In this document: positions 26,116-35,511 of the stretch, piece by piece
Layout of the letters: every line of letters begins with the position of its first letter
How positions within the stretch are numbered: position 1 is the stretch's first letter
The notes under the pieces: model-generated
Database searches by the model: none
What the model was told of the DNA's origin: nothing
The model's input: only the letters and a program-made list of their open reading frames with translations
Translations under genes and position numbers: made by a program
Sequence record: SRR22947725_3405
Reading direction: 5' to 3' (one strand)
DNA: 37,372 nucleotides

Positions 26116-27822
26116 TTATTCCATGGATGTAGCACGTATCACTTCATCCACGGTCGTCAACCCTGCAACGACTTTACGACAACCATCTTCGCGAAGTGTC
26201 TTCATGCCCATTTCACGGGCACGTTTACGCAGCACTGATGAAGGCACTTTTTCATAAATGAGTTTCCTTGCTTCATCATTCACCACAAATATTTCAAAAA
26301 GGCCAAATCGCCCACGATGCCCCGTGCTGTTACAATTACTGCATCCTTTACCTTTTTGATAATTTGCATCCTCTACATTGCCGGGATCAATCCCAATCGA
26401 TCGAAGTTCGTTTTCTGTAGGCTGTATAGGAGCTACACACTTCGGGCAGAGTTTTCTGACAAGACGTTGCGCCATCATTGCGCGAGTCGAGGAAGCGACC
26501 AAAAACGGTTTGATTCCAATATCAATCAAACGAGTCACCGCACTTGGAGCGTCGTTCGTATGCAGCGTTGAGAAAACAAGATGCCCGGTCAGAGAAGCAT
26601 TGATTGCAATCGTCGCTGTCTCTAGATCTCGAATCTCCCCAAGCATGACAACGTTTGGAGATTGACGGAGCATCGACCTCAGAGCGCGCGCAAAACTTAA
26701 ACCAACTGTCTCGTTTACCTGCACCTGATTGATACCCGCCAAGACATACTCAACAGGATCCTCCACGGTGATGATCTTACGATCAGGTCGATTGATGAAG
26801 TGGAGACAGGAGTATAGAGTTGTGGTCTTGCCTGACCCAGTTGGACCGGTGACAAGCAGGATTCCGTCAGGCAAACCGATCATCTCCTCAAAAATCTGCT
26901 GATCATCAGTGAAAAAGCCCAATGTCGGTAACCCAAGTTTCAATCCGTCTTTATCCAGAATACGCATGACGATGCTCTCACCATGCGTGGTGGGAACCGA
27001 GGAAACACGCAAATCGATCACCTTATCCCCTACGTCGCACTGGATACGTCCGTCTTGAGGAATGCGCTTCTCGGAGATGGACATGTTCGACTCGATTTTC
27101 AAGCGGGCAATCACCGAAGCCTGCAAGCTTTTGGGCGGACTTTTGACGATGTGACAAACACCGTCGATGCGATACCTTACGCGGAAAGTGTGCTGCATTG
27201 GCTCCAGATGAATATCCGAGGCACGCGACCGATAGGCATCAATAATGATCTGGTTAGTCAGTTTAATGATGGGGGCATCTGCAGTGACGACGGTGCCCTT
27301 ATCTGCTTCCAGTTCACCGAGTGACGCAATCTCTACCTCGCCTTCAGTGATGTCCTGAATCATCTTGCTGACAGAATCATCCTTGCTCTTATTGCCACCA
27401 TAATACCGATTGATGGCATTCTGGATTTCCTTTTCGCCAGCAACGCGAACTTCAATTTGCTTACCTAATGCGACTTGAAGGCCATCAATTGCCTCAAGGT
27501 CCGTGGGGTCGGCAAGAGCCATGGTCACCGTGTCATCCGAGACGTAGATGGGAACAGCATTGAAGCGCTTGACCACATTCCTCGGCACAGCTGAGATGAC
27601 GTCATCAGCAAGCTGTATAGCATCCAGCTCAATGACTTCAGCACCAGCTTGAGCAGCCTTTGCCATCGTTACGCTTTCATCCATCAGCTCCCCTTTGGCG
27701 ACAAGGGTATCCAATACTCCTAAATCGCCAGAAACTTCGCCACGCGCTTCCTCAACCTGCTCAGAGGTAAGCAAACCCATGTCGATCAGCGTATCTACCA
27801 AATAATCGTCTTTTACAGCCAC
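26116..27822 (-). CDS. pilB: PilB/GspE assembly ATPase (first copy)
   Basis: GTG start. ASDIHLEP, GPTGSGKT, LRQSPNVVMLGEIRD, STLHTN and CPKC..CSNC. Confidence 0.93.
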   Translation of the reverse strand: MAVKDDYLVDTLIDMGLLTSEQVEEARGEVSGDLGVLDTLVAKGELMDESVTMAKAAQAGAEVIELDAIQLADDVISAVPRNVVKRFNAVPIYVSDDTVTMALADPTDLEAIDGLQVALGKQIEVRVAGEKEIQNAINRYYGGNKSKDDSVSKMIQDITEGEVEIASLGELEADKGTVVTADAPIIKLTNQIIIDAYRSRASDIHLEPMQHTFRVRYRIDGVCHIVKSPPKSLQASVIARLKIESNMSISEKRIPQDGRIQCDVGDKVIDLRVSSVPTTHGESIVMRILDKDGLKLGLPTLGFFTDDQQIFEEMIGLPDGILLVTGPTGSGKTTTLYSCLHFINRPDRKIITVEDPVEYVLAGINQVQVNETVGLSFARALRSMLRQSPNVVMLGEIRDLETATIAINASLTGHLVFSTLHTNDAPSAVTRLIDIGIKPFLVASSTRAMMAQRLVRKLCPKCVAPIQPTENELRSIGIDPGNVEDANYQKGKGCSNCNSTGHRGRFGLFEIFVVNDEARKLIYEKVPSSVLRKRAREMGMKTLREDGCRKVVAGLTTVDEVIRATSME

Positions 27823-27869
27823 AGCAATCCTAGTCAGTTAACTCACTCATCCTTAAAATGGAAATCAAG

Positions 27870-27899
27870 AGAGTGCAATAATCAAAGACCCCTTGTCAA
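27870..27899 (-). promoter_or_regulatory. Possible sigma-70 promoter of the pil operon
   Basis: Perfect TTGACA at 27899-27894 with a weak -10 (CACTCT at an 18-nt spacing). Confidence 0.3.
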
Positions 27900-28643
27900 C
27901 GAGGACATGCTGCAATCCCCATATATATCTACAAGATCTGGAAAATATGACGAACAAATTAGAAAACTACTGTTAAATACTTGATTATAGGACAAAAAAT
28001 TAAGTTGCTACATATTTTCCGGCAACCCCTGCAAGTCTCATGGATCCATTACCGATGGAGGTTGAACAACCCACTTCCACGGCCTGAATCGGAGTGTGGA
28101 TCGCAGTTTTATGCTAATTTTAAGAAAGAAGTATTCCTTGGACGGACGGATACGCACACTTGTGCTTTTCTCTGCCGCTCAAATGTCGACTTACTAATTG
28201 ATGGACATGTACTTTTTCCCATTAATCAAAATTCCCTTGGGCGACAATTTGAGGAGAGCATTCAAAATATTTTAATGAAAGTCCCCATGCCTGGGGGAAA
28301 ATTTTGACTCTCAAAGGGACATGCAGCCATCAGATGGTCATGACGTTCGGGATCATTGGGAGTGATTGCGAAACCGCTATCTCGCAGACCTCTTGACTGA
28401 AGAAAAATGTGTCAACTTTGAAAAAAAAGAAGATTGAGCCTAAATTACCGCAGGCGCCCGTTCAAGAGGTTCTATTTCAGTTCGAGTCAGATAGGTATCC
28501 TGTTCTTTGTGTGGATCATTCCAGACCATTTGTCATTTTATAATTTAATTACCGTTCAAGATGACTTATGGTTTATAAGGTATCAGCGAGTCGATGACTC
28601 CAAAAGGAAGGTCATCTAAATGTATTTTCAATACAATTAATCT

Positions 28644-29489
28644 ATGAGTGAGGTATTAAAAATAGGATTTCTCGGAGCAGGCAAAATGGCAACGGCCCTT
28701 GCATCGGGCTTTATTGCGACGGGGAAATTAAAGCCTCAAAACCTGATTGGAAGCGACCCGTATCCTGGAGCTCTGAAAGTATTTGAAGAAAATACAGGCG
28801 GTCAAATAACAGATAAGAATACCGATGTTGCACGCGACGCAGACCTCATCTTTCTGGCTGTAAAACCAGAGAAAGTGGGTGATGCTCTTGACTCTATTCA
28901 AACATATTGGCGGGAATCTCAATGCCTGATCTCGATTGTTGCGGGCGCCAAGCTAGAGCAATTAGCTGCACACTTACCAGCTGGAGCGCGCATTTTAAGA
29001 GTTATGCCCAACACACCTGCCTTAGTAGGCTCTTCAGCTTCAGCATTTGCATTGGGGGAGTTTGCCACTCGAGTGGACGCAGAGATCACCACATCCCTTT
29101 TGAATTCTGTAGGTATAACAGAAGAGGTAACGGAGCATTTATTGGATGCCGTAACCGGATTAAGCGGCAGTGGGCCAGCATTTGTTTACCAATTCATCGA
29201 AGCTCTGAGTGACGGAGGTGTCGCATCAGGGCTCCCCCGAGAGCTGGCAACCAAGTTGGCTGCGCAAACGGTTGCTGGAGCAGCAAAAATGGTTTTGGAA
29301 ACAGGAATACATCCAGGACAACTCAAAGATGCCGTAACAAGCCCGGGCGGAACTACCATCGAAGGCGTTCACGAGCTCGAAAAAGGCGGGTTGCGCGCCA
29401 CCACCATGAATGCTGTGCGCGCAGCTGCAGCTAAATCAAGAAAACTGGGGCGCCCAAGATCCAAAGGCCGCTTCGGAAAAATATCCTGA
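28644..29489 (+). CDS. proC: Pyrroline-5-carboxylate reductase
   Basis: GFLGAGKMA, LAVKP, RVMPNTP, TGLSGSGPAF and VTSPGGTT. Confidence 0.97.
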   Translation: MSEVLKIGFLGAGKMATALASGFIATGKLKPQNLIGSDPYPGALKVFEENTGGQITDKNTDVARDADLIFLAVKPEKVGDALDSIQTYWRESQCLISIVAGAKLEQLAAHLPAGARILRVMPNTPALVGSSASAFALGEFATRVDAEITTSLLNSVGITEEVTEHLLDAVTGLSGSGPAFVYQFIEALSDGGVASGLPRELATKLAAQTVAGAAKMVLETGIHPGQLKDAVTSPGGTTIEGVHELEKGGLRATTMNAVRAAAAKSRKLGRPRSKGRFGKIS

Positions 29490-29493
29490 TCAG

Positions 29494-30786
29494 ATGCAAC
29501 TTCCCGGCCCCAGCCCTAAACAAGCGACTATCCTTTGGACGGCCATCACTGGATTAGCTATTGCGATCATCATCGGCCTCATCAGCGCCGTTTTTGCAGG
29601 TATTGGCTGGATGGCAAATCAACTTTCATCCGTGCTGTTGCCACTGGCAGTCGCTGGTATCATTGCATACCTTCTGGATCCTGTGGTTGATTGGCTGGAG
29701 CATCGAAAAATCAAGCGACCATGGGCAATCGTAAGTGTTTTTGCGCTGGCGATATTATTACAAATCGGGTTTGCAGCCACTTTTGTTCCCTTCCTGATCA
29801 AGGACACCAAAGAGTTGGTTGATTCCGTGCCTAAATATCGTGACTCGATCCAAAAACGATATGAGCTATACAGCAAAAATCACTCTTTGGAAAAATACCT
29901 TCCTGATTCGCTGAAGAACTACCTTCCCTGGATAACCCGCACCAATACAACCAGCGCTGAGCTCAATGATGACATGACTGATCAAGTCGATGAGATGGAA
30001 TCAAAGACAAGCCAAGCTACCTTAACCGCTTCCGGGGAAACGCCTGCCAAAGCAAAATCCATTGATTTGAATGCGGATCAAATCGGAAAATTTGCTGATG
30101 CAATCTGGAAAGGTGTCAGCGGTATGGGGAGATGGGCTCGTTCACGCATAGAGAATATCACTTCCATGTTCGGCATGCTTGCAGGATTCGCACTCGTTCC
30201 TGTTTATGTTTTTTATTTTTTATCTGAAAAATCGGGTATCAAAGACAATTGGACGAGCTATCTTCCAGTGCATGACTCTTGGATTAAGGAAGAGCTGGTG
30301 TTTGTTCTCAGATCTATCAATGACGCATTGGTAGTATTTTTCCGTAGCCAAGTGCTGGTCGCGATGTGCGTGGGAGGATTGTTGATGATTGGTTTCTCCA
30401 TCATCGGCTTGAGATATGCAGTGCTTTTGGGATTCATAGCGGGCGTGCTGGGAATCGTGCCCTATCTGGGCGTCATGCTCAGCATCCTGCCAGCAATGGC
30501 TATTTCAATTGCTCAGGCAGACGGCTGGATTCATCCGTTACTAACACTTGGAATCTTTGTCTTAGTCCAGTTGATGGAAGGATTGGTAATTTCTCCAAAA
30601 ATCATTGGGGACCGGGTGGGTATGCACCCTCTAACCGTCATCATCGCCATTATGATCGGGACTACCTTGCTGGGAGGAATCATCGGCGGCGTTCTTGCGA
30701 TCCCACTCACTGCAGCACTGAGAACAGTCATGTTCCGCTATGTATGGAAACAGCCTGTAGGAAAGTTAGAACAATTGAGCGCTTAA
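29494..30786 (+). CDS. AI-2E (PerM) family transporter
   Basis: AYLLDPVVDWLE, multiple TM segments, IVPYLG and ISPKIIGDRVGMHP..GGVLAIP. ATG at 29494 follows the proC stop. Confidence 0.92.
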   Translation: MQLPGPSPKQATILWTAITGLAIAIIIGLISAVFAGIGWMANQLSSVLLPLAVAGIIAYLLDPVVDWLEHRKIKRPWAIVSVFALAILLQIGFAATFVPFLIKDTKELVDSVPKYRDSIQKRYELYSKNHSLEKYLPDSLKNYLPWITRTNTTSAELNDDMTDQVDEMESKTSQATLTASGETPAKAKSIDLNADQIGKFADAIWKGVSGMGRWARSRIENITSMFGMLAGFALVPVYVFYFLSEKSGIKDNWTSYLPVHDSWIKEELVFVLRSINDALVVFFRSQVLVAMCVGGLLMIGFSIIGLRYAVLLGFIAGVLGIVPYLGVMLSILPAMAISIAQADGWIHPLLTLGIFVLVQLMEGLVISPKIIGDRVGMHPLTVIIAIMIGTTLLGGIIGGVLAIPLTAALRTVMFRYVWKQPVGKLEQLSA

Positions 30787-30808
30787 AGCGTTTGATTGAT
30801 TTAGTAGA

Positions 30809-31378
30809 TTAAAGCATTTTCCGCACATCAACCGCATCCATGCCAGCCGCAATGATCGCTTGCATACCGAGATCCGTATCTTCATAGGCCCTGCATTTGG
30901 CGGGTGGGATTCTTATTCTGCGCGCAGCTTCAAGAAAAATATCCGGAGCAGGCTTCTGATTAGAAACGTCCTCGCTGGTAACGATGGCATCGAAATACTT
31001 GGACAATCCGACATGATCGAGCAATGGCTCGATGACTGATCGAATGCCACCTGTAGCCACAGACATTGGAACGCGTCCATGCCAGTCACTTACGATGGAG
31101 ACCACTGGAAGCAGCGGACGCACCTGATCCATGTAAGGAAGGTAAGCCTCTTCTTTCTCGTGAGAAAGGGCCATGACATCAACTGGAACCCCTTGTTCAT
31201 CGCTGAGCATTTTGATGATTTGCCAGGAGGGCACTCCTCCAAGGGCGTAAAATCGCTCTTCAGGAAAGTCGAGACCATGACGTTCCGTCACCTCCTTCCA
31301 AGCGAGCCAATGCGCTGGCATGGAATCTACTAAAGTGCCATCACAATCAAAAATAAGGCCTTCTATATTATCGCTCAT
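30809..31378 (-). CDS. HAD-family phosphatase (YqaB/beta-PGM-like)
   Basis: FDCDGTLVDSMP.H, KPAPDIF and EDTDLG. ATGA overlap with prfA. Confidence 0.92.
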   Translation of the reverse strand: MSDNIEGLIFDCDGTLVDSMPAHWLAWKEVTERHGLDFPEERFYALGGVPSWQIIKMLSDEQGVPVDVMALSHEKEEAYLPYMDQVRPLLPVVSIVSDWHGRVPMSVATGGIRSVIEPLLDHVGLSKYFDAIVTSEDVSNQKPAPDIFLEAARRIRIPPAKCRAYEDTDLGMQAIIAAGMDAVDVRKML

Positions 31379-32454
31379 TGATTCATTTCCTTGAGTTTTA
31401 CCTGGAGAGCGTCATGCATCAGAGGTTCGATCACGGAATCCATGTCTCCCTCCATCAAAGCGGGCAGGTTGTACAATGTCAGTTCAATACGATGATCCGT
31501 CATTCGATTTTGAGGGAAATTATAAGTGCGAATGCGCTCATTGCGCTCTCCCGTTCCCACTTGCGCCTTGCGCTGTGCCGCGTATTTGGCGTGTTCTTCA
31601 GCGATTTTACGCTCTAGCAGCCGTGACCTGAGTACAGTGAGAGCCTGGAGCTTGTTTTGCTGCTGAGATCGTCCGTCGGCACACCTTACAATCAAACCGG
31701 TTGGTTTATGCTGAACCTGCACTGCTGAATCTGTCGTGTTGACCCCTTGCCCTCCAGGGCCAGAAGCTCGACACACTGAAATGACGAGGTCGTCTGATTT
31801 GATGGCGACATCCACCTCTTCTGCCTCCGGGAGCACAGCAACGGTACACGTGCTTGTGTGCACGCGGCCTTGAGTTTCGGTCAGAGGGACTCGCTGTACG
31901 CGATGAACGCCACTTTCGTACTTCAATCGCTTGAAAACGTCATCACCCTTGATGCCGAAAATAATTTCCTTGAACCCCCCCAGATCTGAGGGGCTACTGT
32001 CCAGAACCTCCAGCTTCCAGCGACGCGCTTCAGAATACCTGTTGAGCATTCTGTATAGATCAGCAGCGAATAAGGCAGATTCTGATCCGCCCGCACCTGC
32101 TCTGATTTCCACGATGGTATCTCGGCTATCAGTTGGATCAGGTGGAACGATTCCCATCTGCAGCTGAACGATTGCTTCCTCAAATCGTTCCCTCAATGAA
32201 GAAAGATCTTCTTTTGCCATCTGAGCCATTTCAGTGTCAGCTGGTTCGGCGGCAATCAGTTCTTCGTTATCCCTTATTTCTTCTTCAATTTTTTGGTAAT
32301 CCCTTCCTTTCGCAACCAGACCTTTCAAGCGATTGTATTCTCGGGTAAGTTCCTGAGACTTTTTCTGGTCGTTGAACACTGACGGATCGCCCAGAGCAGA
32401 TTCTACTTCCGCGAGGCGCCGCGCAAACCGCTCGACAAAGGGATGAAGGTCCAT
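31375..32454 (-). CDS. prfA: Peptide chain release factor 1
   Basis: GGQ motif, PxT tripeptide (VPLTE), ESGVHRVQR and RIRTYNFPQNR. ATG at 32454. Confidence 0.97.
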   Translation of the reverse strand: MDLHPFVERFARRLAEVESALGDPSVFNDQKKSQELTREYNRLKGLVAKGRDYQKIEEEIRDNEELIAAEPADTEMAQMAKEDLSSLRERFEEAIVQLQMGIVPPDPTDSRDTIVEIRAGAGGSESALFAADLYRMLNRYSEARRWKLEVLDSSPSDLGGFKEIIFGIKGDDVFKRLKYESGVHRVQRVPLTETQGRVHTSTCTVAVLPEAEEVDVAIKSDDLVISVCRASGPGGQGVNTTDSAVQVQHKPTGLIVRCADGRSQQQNKLQALTVLRSRLLERKIAEEHAKYAAQRKAQVGTGERNERIRTYNFPQNRMTDHRIELTLYNLPALMEGDMDSVIEPLMHDALQVKLKEMNQ

Positions 32455-32458
32455 GATG

Positions 32459-32507
32459 AAAATACAAATCGCCCGCAAGCAACCTTGAGCGGCCACGTGC
32501 GGGCGAT
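32459..32507 (-). terminator. Terminator-like hairpin between rpmE2 and prfA
   Basis: Perfect 10-bp stem ATCGCCCGCA (32468-77)/TGCGGGCGAT (32498-507), followed on the minus strand by TTGTATTTT. Confidence 0.6.
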
Positions 32508-32520
32508 GAAAGAAAAAGGT

Positions 32521-32814
32521 TTAGCGCTTGCGCTTTTTGAACGCGGTGGCTTTTTCCTGCGCTTCTTTGGTCTTGGCGCGTCGCTGTTCAAACTTGTCCA
32601 CGCGACCTGCTGTATCCACGAACATCTGCTGTCCTGTATAGAAAGGATGCGATGCACTGCTGATGCCCAGCATTACCATTGGATATTCGTTACCGTCTTC
32701 CCATTTAACCGTTTGGGTAGTACGGGCACAGGAGCGGCTCAAGAACGTAAAGCCGGAGGCAGAGTCCTTGAAAACCACGGGTCTGTAATTCTCTGGGTGA
32801 ATGTCACTTTTCAT
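32521..32814 (-). CDS. rpmE2: 50S ribosomal protein L31, type B (Zn-independent)
   Basis: [33 protein letters not shown] and AGRVDKF. No CxxC pairs. Confidence 0.95.
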   Translation of the reverse strand: MKSDIHPENYRPVVFKDSASGFTFLSRSCARTTQTVKWEDGNEYPMVMLGISSASHPFYTGQQMFVDTAGRVDKFEQRRAKTKEAQEKATAFKKRKR

Positions 32815-33223
32815 ATAAGGTCGGCAAACTTACCAATCGGTATCACTTTGACAAGCGAAAAAACAAAAAAGACTGTCTGATCAGCTTATACCGGCAAATC
32901 AAAGACCACGGATATTTCAACCATTTTGACAAAAGTGCTCATGCAGCTGGAGCATGCAACGAGCCTAAGCAGATCAAAGCTTCACGTCTACGGACCACAG
33001 CCATTGCAGGCCGGGGTAACCCATTGCTACCTACTTTTATGAAGGACACATATTCTTAATTGATCCTAAAAATTGAAAGCGCCAATGGTGTCAAAAGTGC
33101 CTGTTAGCATGTGCAATGACCGGATCTTGGCCACCCAAAAAAAATAAAAAATGACCCTTTTAGGCTGAATTAAGCTGTAGCCATTCACTGAAAAGACCGA
33201 ATCATGACAGGCTCCATCTTTTG

Positions 33224-34198
33224 TCAAAGGCTGGGCTTCCCGGGGCCAAGACCCAGCATATCACCTTTTTCAAAAGAAGAGCCAATCAGGAACGAATCAG
33301 CTGTAAGAACTTTGCCACCTGGTCGTTGTAACTTCAGTATGCGCAATGATCCTTGACCAGTGCCCACGACGAAGGCCTTGTGATCCGCTTGCATGATCTG
33401 ACCGGGCTTACTTCCTTGCGATGGGAGAGGCTGGGTTTCCCAAACCTTCAGTCGCTCCACTTTACCATCTGGATACTGAAAGCTGGTAGAACAGCCAGGC
33501 CAGGGAGACAGTGCCCGAACTTGACGATCAAGATGCGAGGCAGGCTGTGTCCAGTCCAGAAAACCATCTTCCTTGGTGATTTTTCTGGCATGAGAGGCGC
33601 CTGCTGAAATTTGGGGGAGGGGCTTCAAATCTCCTTGGACATATTTTTCCAGATCATTCCGGATTAATTCGGAACCGGCAGCAGCCAACTGATCATGTAA
33701 TATAAGTGCCGTGGTTTTCGCGGTAATCGGAACCTCCTTTTTACTGATGATAGGCCCTGTATCCATCCCCTCGTCCATCAACATCAAGGTCGCCCCAGAG
33801 ATTTGATCCCCATTCCAAATTGCCCATTGAATGGGCGCGGCCCCACGGTATTTGGGTAGTAACGAGGTATGAATATTCACACATCCAGCAAGAGGCAGAT
33901 CAAGAACTGCAGCAGGAAGCAACTGTCCGTAGGCCATCACAACCATGACATCAAGATCCATCGCAGCTAACTCACCCAGACATACAGGGTCTTTGCTAAT
34001 GCGTTCAGGCTGCCAAACCGGCAGTCCCAGCTCCGATGCAAGCGCCTTGACAGGGGTAGCTCGCAGTTTGAGTTTACGCCCTTGCGGACGGTCTGGCTGC
34101 GTGACGATTCCCTGAAGCTGAACTTCCCTCATATCGTGCAGGGTTTGAAGAACAGGGCAGGCAATTTCAGCGGTCCCAAAGAAAACAGCTCGGATCAT
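33224..34198 (-). CDS. fmt: Methionyl-tRNA formyltransferase
   Basis: FFGT, VTQPDRPQGR, AYGQLL, HTSLLPKYRGAAPIQWAI and MDTGP. ATG at 34198. Confidence 0.97.
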   Translation of the reverse strand: MIRAVFFGTAEIACPVLQTLHDMREVQLQGIVTQPDRPQGRKLKLRATPVKALASELGLPVWQPERISKDPVCLGELAAMDLDVMVVMAYGQLLPAAVLDLPLAGCVNIHTSLLPKYRGAAPIQWAIWNGDQISGATLMLMDEGMDTGPIISKKEVPITAKTTALILHDQLAAAGSELIRNDLEKYVQGDLKPLPQISAGASHARKITKEDGFLDWTQPASHLDRQVRALSPWPGCSTSFQYPDGKVERLKVWETQPLPSQGSKPGQIMQADHKAFVVGTGQGSLRILKLQRPGGKVLTADSFLIGSSFEKGDMLGLGPGKPSL

Positions 34199-34264
34199 AA
34201 CGGCAACGGTATCTAAACGGGGATTTAAATGAATGTTCAATGCTTGAGTTGACAGAACTCATCA

Positions 34265-34302
34265 TAAAAACAAACCCGGACAACTCATCAAGTTGGTCCG
34301 GG
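34265..34302 (-). terminator. Intrinsic terminator
   Basis: CCCGGAC.AACT / AGTT.GTCCGGG stem, followed on the minus strand by TTTGTTTTT. Confidence 0.65.
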
Positions 34303-34332
34303 CCGTTTTGAGTTTAAAGAAATCTGAGTGCG

Positions 34333-35304
34333 CTATTTGTTGCGAACCTCAATTTTGATGATCTCTCCAAAACTTAGAGAAACTTCCTTTGCTCCTTGCT
34401 GGAGTTGAAGATGCAGATCGCTGCCCGAAATGCGGCTAATTCGAGTGGCAACGTACTCACGCTTCACTGTTTTGAAAGAAAGAACTAAGTTCTTGATGGA
34501 TGCTGATGGCACTACCCGGAAGAACTCCGTGAATTTGGTTTCGATAAAATTGCGATTGAAATTTGTATCATCTTTTGAGAATACACTACCAGCCAAACCG
34601 CCACCACCACCACCGGCTGCTGCTCCCCCCTTGGATATCCCCAAACCAGGCTTTCCTGAAGGCGCGGCAGGTGCCGCAGGTGCTGCGGGTGCTGCGGGTG
34701 CTGCGGGTGCAGGAGGTGCTCCTGGCGCTCCAGTATCATCTACCAGAGGCTCAGAATCATACTGAGAAACACTCTCAATCCCTGGTAAGGAAATGAACAG
34801 GATAGGACCGATCACGGGCAAGATCGCAGATAATCCACACACAAGTGCAACGGGGCGCCCCCTGAAAACAGCAATTTCGTAAGCCGCAAGAAGATTTCCT
34901 GCATAAAATGCAAATATCAAAAGGAATCCAACTGGGGTCGAAAGGGTAGAAAACAAGGTTGTTTTCCCGTCGGGTTGCTCCATACGATCAGGCTGACGAA
35001 CATTGATCACCGGCGGGTGGATTTCATCCTCTGGCAATTCGATAAAAGGATCCACAAATTCAGCATATTTAGGATTCGCTTTCAGCCACAATAGCGTTTC
35101 CTGGGAAAGAAAGACCAAATCTATTCGGTCTGTAAAAGTGCCTATTTTCCTTCGGATAACCATGCTTTCTTCGTCCATGGCAGAAACATTACCCTCGATA
35201 ATATTGCCGTTTTCCATTACGAAAGTTTGGGTTTCCGCTGCGCCGCAAGGCGTTGTCCAGCATACGGCCAGACAGAGCGCCAGGATTGAGTAAATCTTTT
35301 GCAT
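34333..35304 (-). CDS. Hypothetical membrane protein: signal peptide, small beta domain, 2 TM, Pro/Ala/Gly linker, C-terminal domain
   Basis: Signal-like start MQKIYSILALCLAVC..GAA, two hydrophobic segments, a (PAA)n linker and a downstream terminator. Confidence 0.8.
   Translation of the reverse strand: MQKIYSILALCLAVCWTTPCGAAETQTFVMENGNIIEGNVSAMDEESMVIRRKIGTFTDRIDLVFLSQETLLWLKANPKYAEFVDPFIELPEDEIHPPVINVRQPDRMEQPDGKTTLFSTLSTPVGFLLIFAFYAGNLLAAYEIAVFRGRPVALVCGLSAILPVIGPILFISLPGIESVSQYDSEPLVDDTGAPGAPPAPAAPAAPAAPAAPAAPSGKPGLGISKGGAAAGGGGGGLAGSVFSKDDTNFNRNFIETKFTEFFRVVPSASIKNLVLSFKTVKREYVATRISRISGSDLHLQLQQGAKEVSLSFGEIIKIEVRNK
34667..34720 (-). repeat. 9-bp coding tandem repeat encoding (PAA)n
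   Basis: GGTGCTGCG-type units repeat about 5 times on the + strand; the protein reads PPAPAAPAAPAAPAAPA. Confidence 0.8.
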
Positions 35305-35447
35305 CTTCAATTTATTAAGCAAGTTCAATGCCTTGGATGGGCACAAGGTAAAAAAAGAATGGTATCAAATCAACCTCAATCCCACTCAAAAACTGAGTCA
35401 AGCCCATGCCGCATCCCACCATTCTGATAGGCTGCGTCAAGCGCTGG

Positions 35448-35503
35448 GCATTTAAAAAACGAGCGCACAGGTTTTTAACATCAGGTGCGCTCGTTTCAAA
35501 TGC
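35448..35503 (-). terminator. Intrinsic terminator after the RNase E/G gene
   Basis: 12-bp stem AAACGAGCGCAC (35457-68)/GTGCGCTCGTTT (35485-96), extended by GCATTT/AAATGC, with a T6 run on the minus strand. Confidence 0.75.
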
Positions 35504-35511
35504 ACTCAAAA

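Noticed and set aside
27981-28307. 108-aa TTG-start ORF in the pilB/proC gap
   Set aside because: No recognisable motif or RBS, so coding status is unsupported.
32815-33223. Zur box or riboswitch upstream of type B L31, and a GG-N10-GC near 33086
   Set aside because: No convincing palindrome or aptamer was seen. The -24 box (TGGTGTC) is poor and faces no gene start.
578-34198. def and fmt separation as evidence of an inserted island
   Set aside because: They are in opposite orientations with core genes between them, and there is no integrase, flanking repeat or obvious compositional break.
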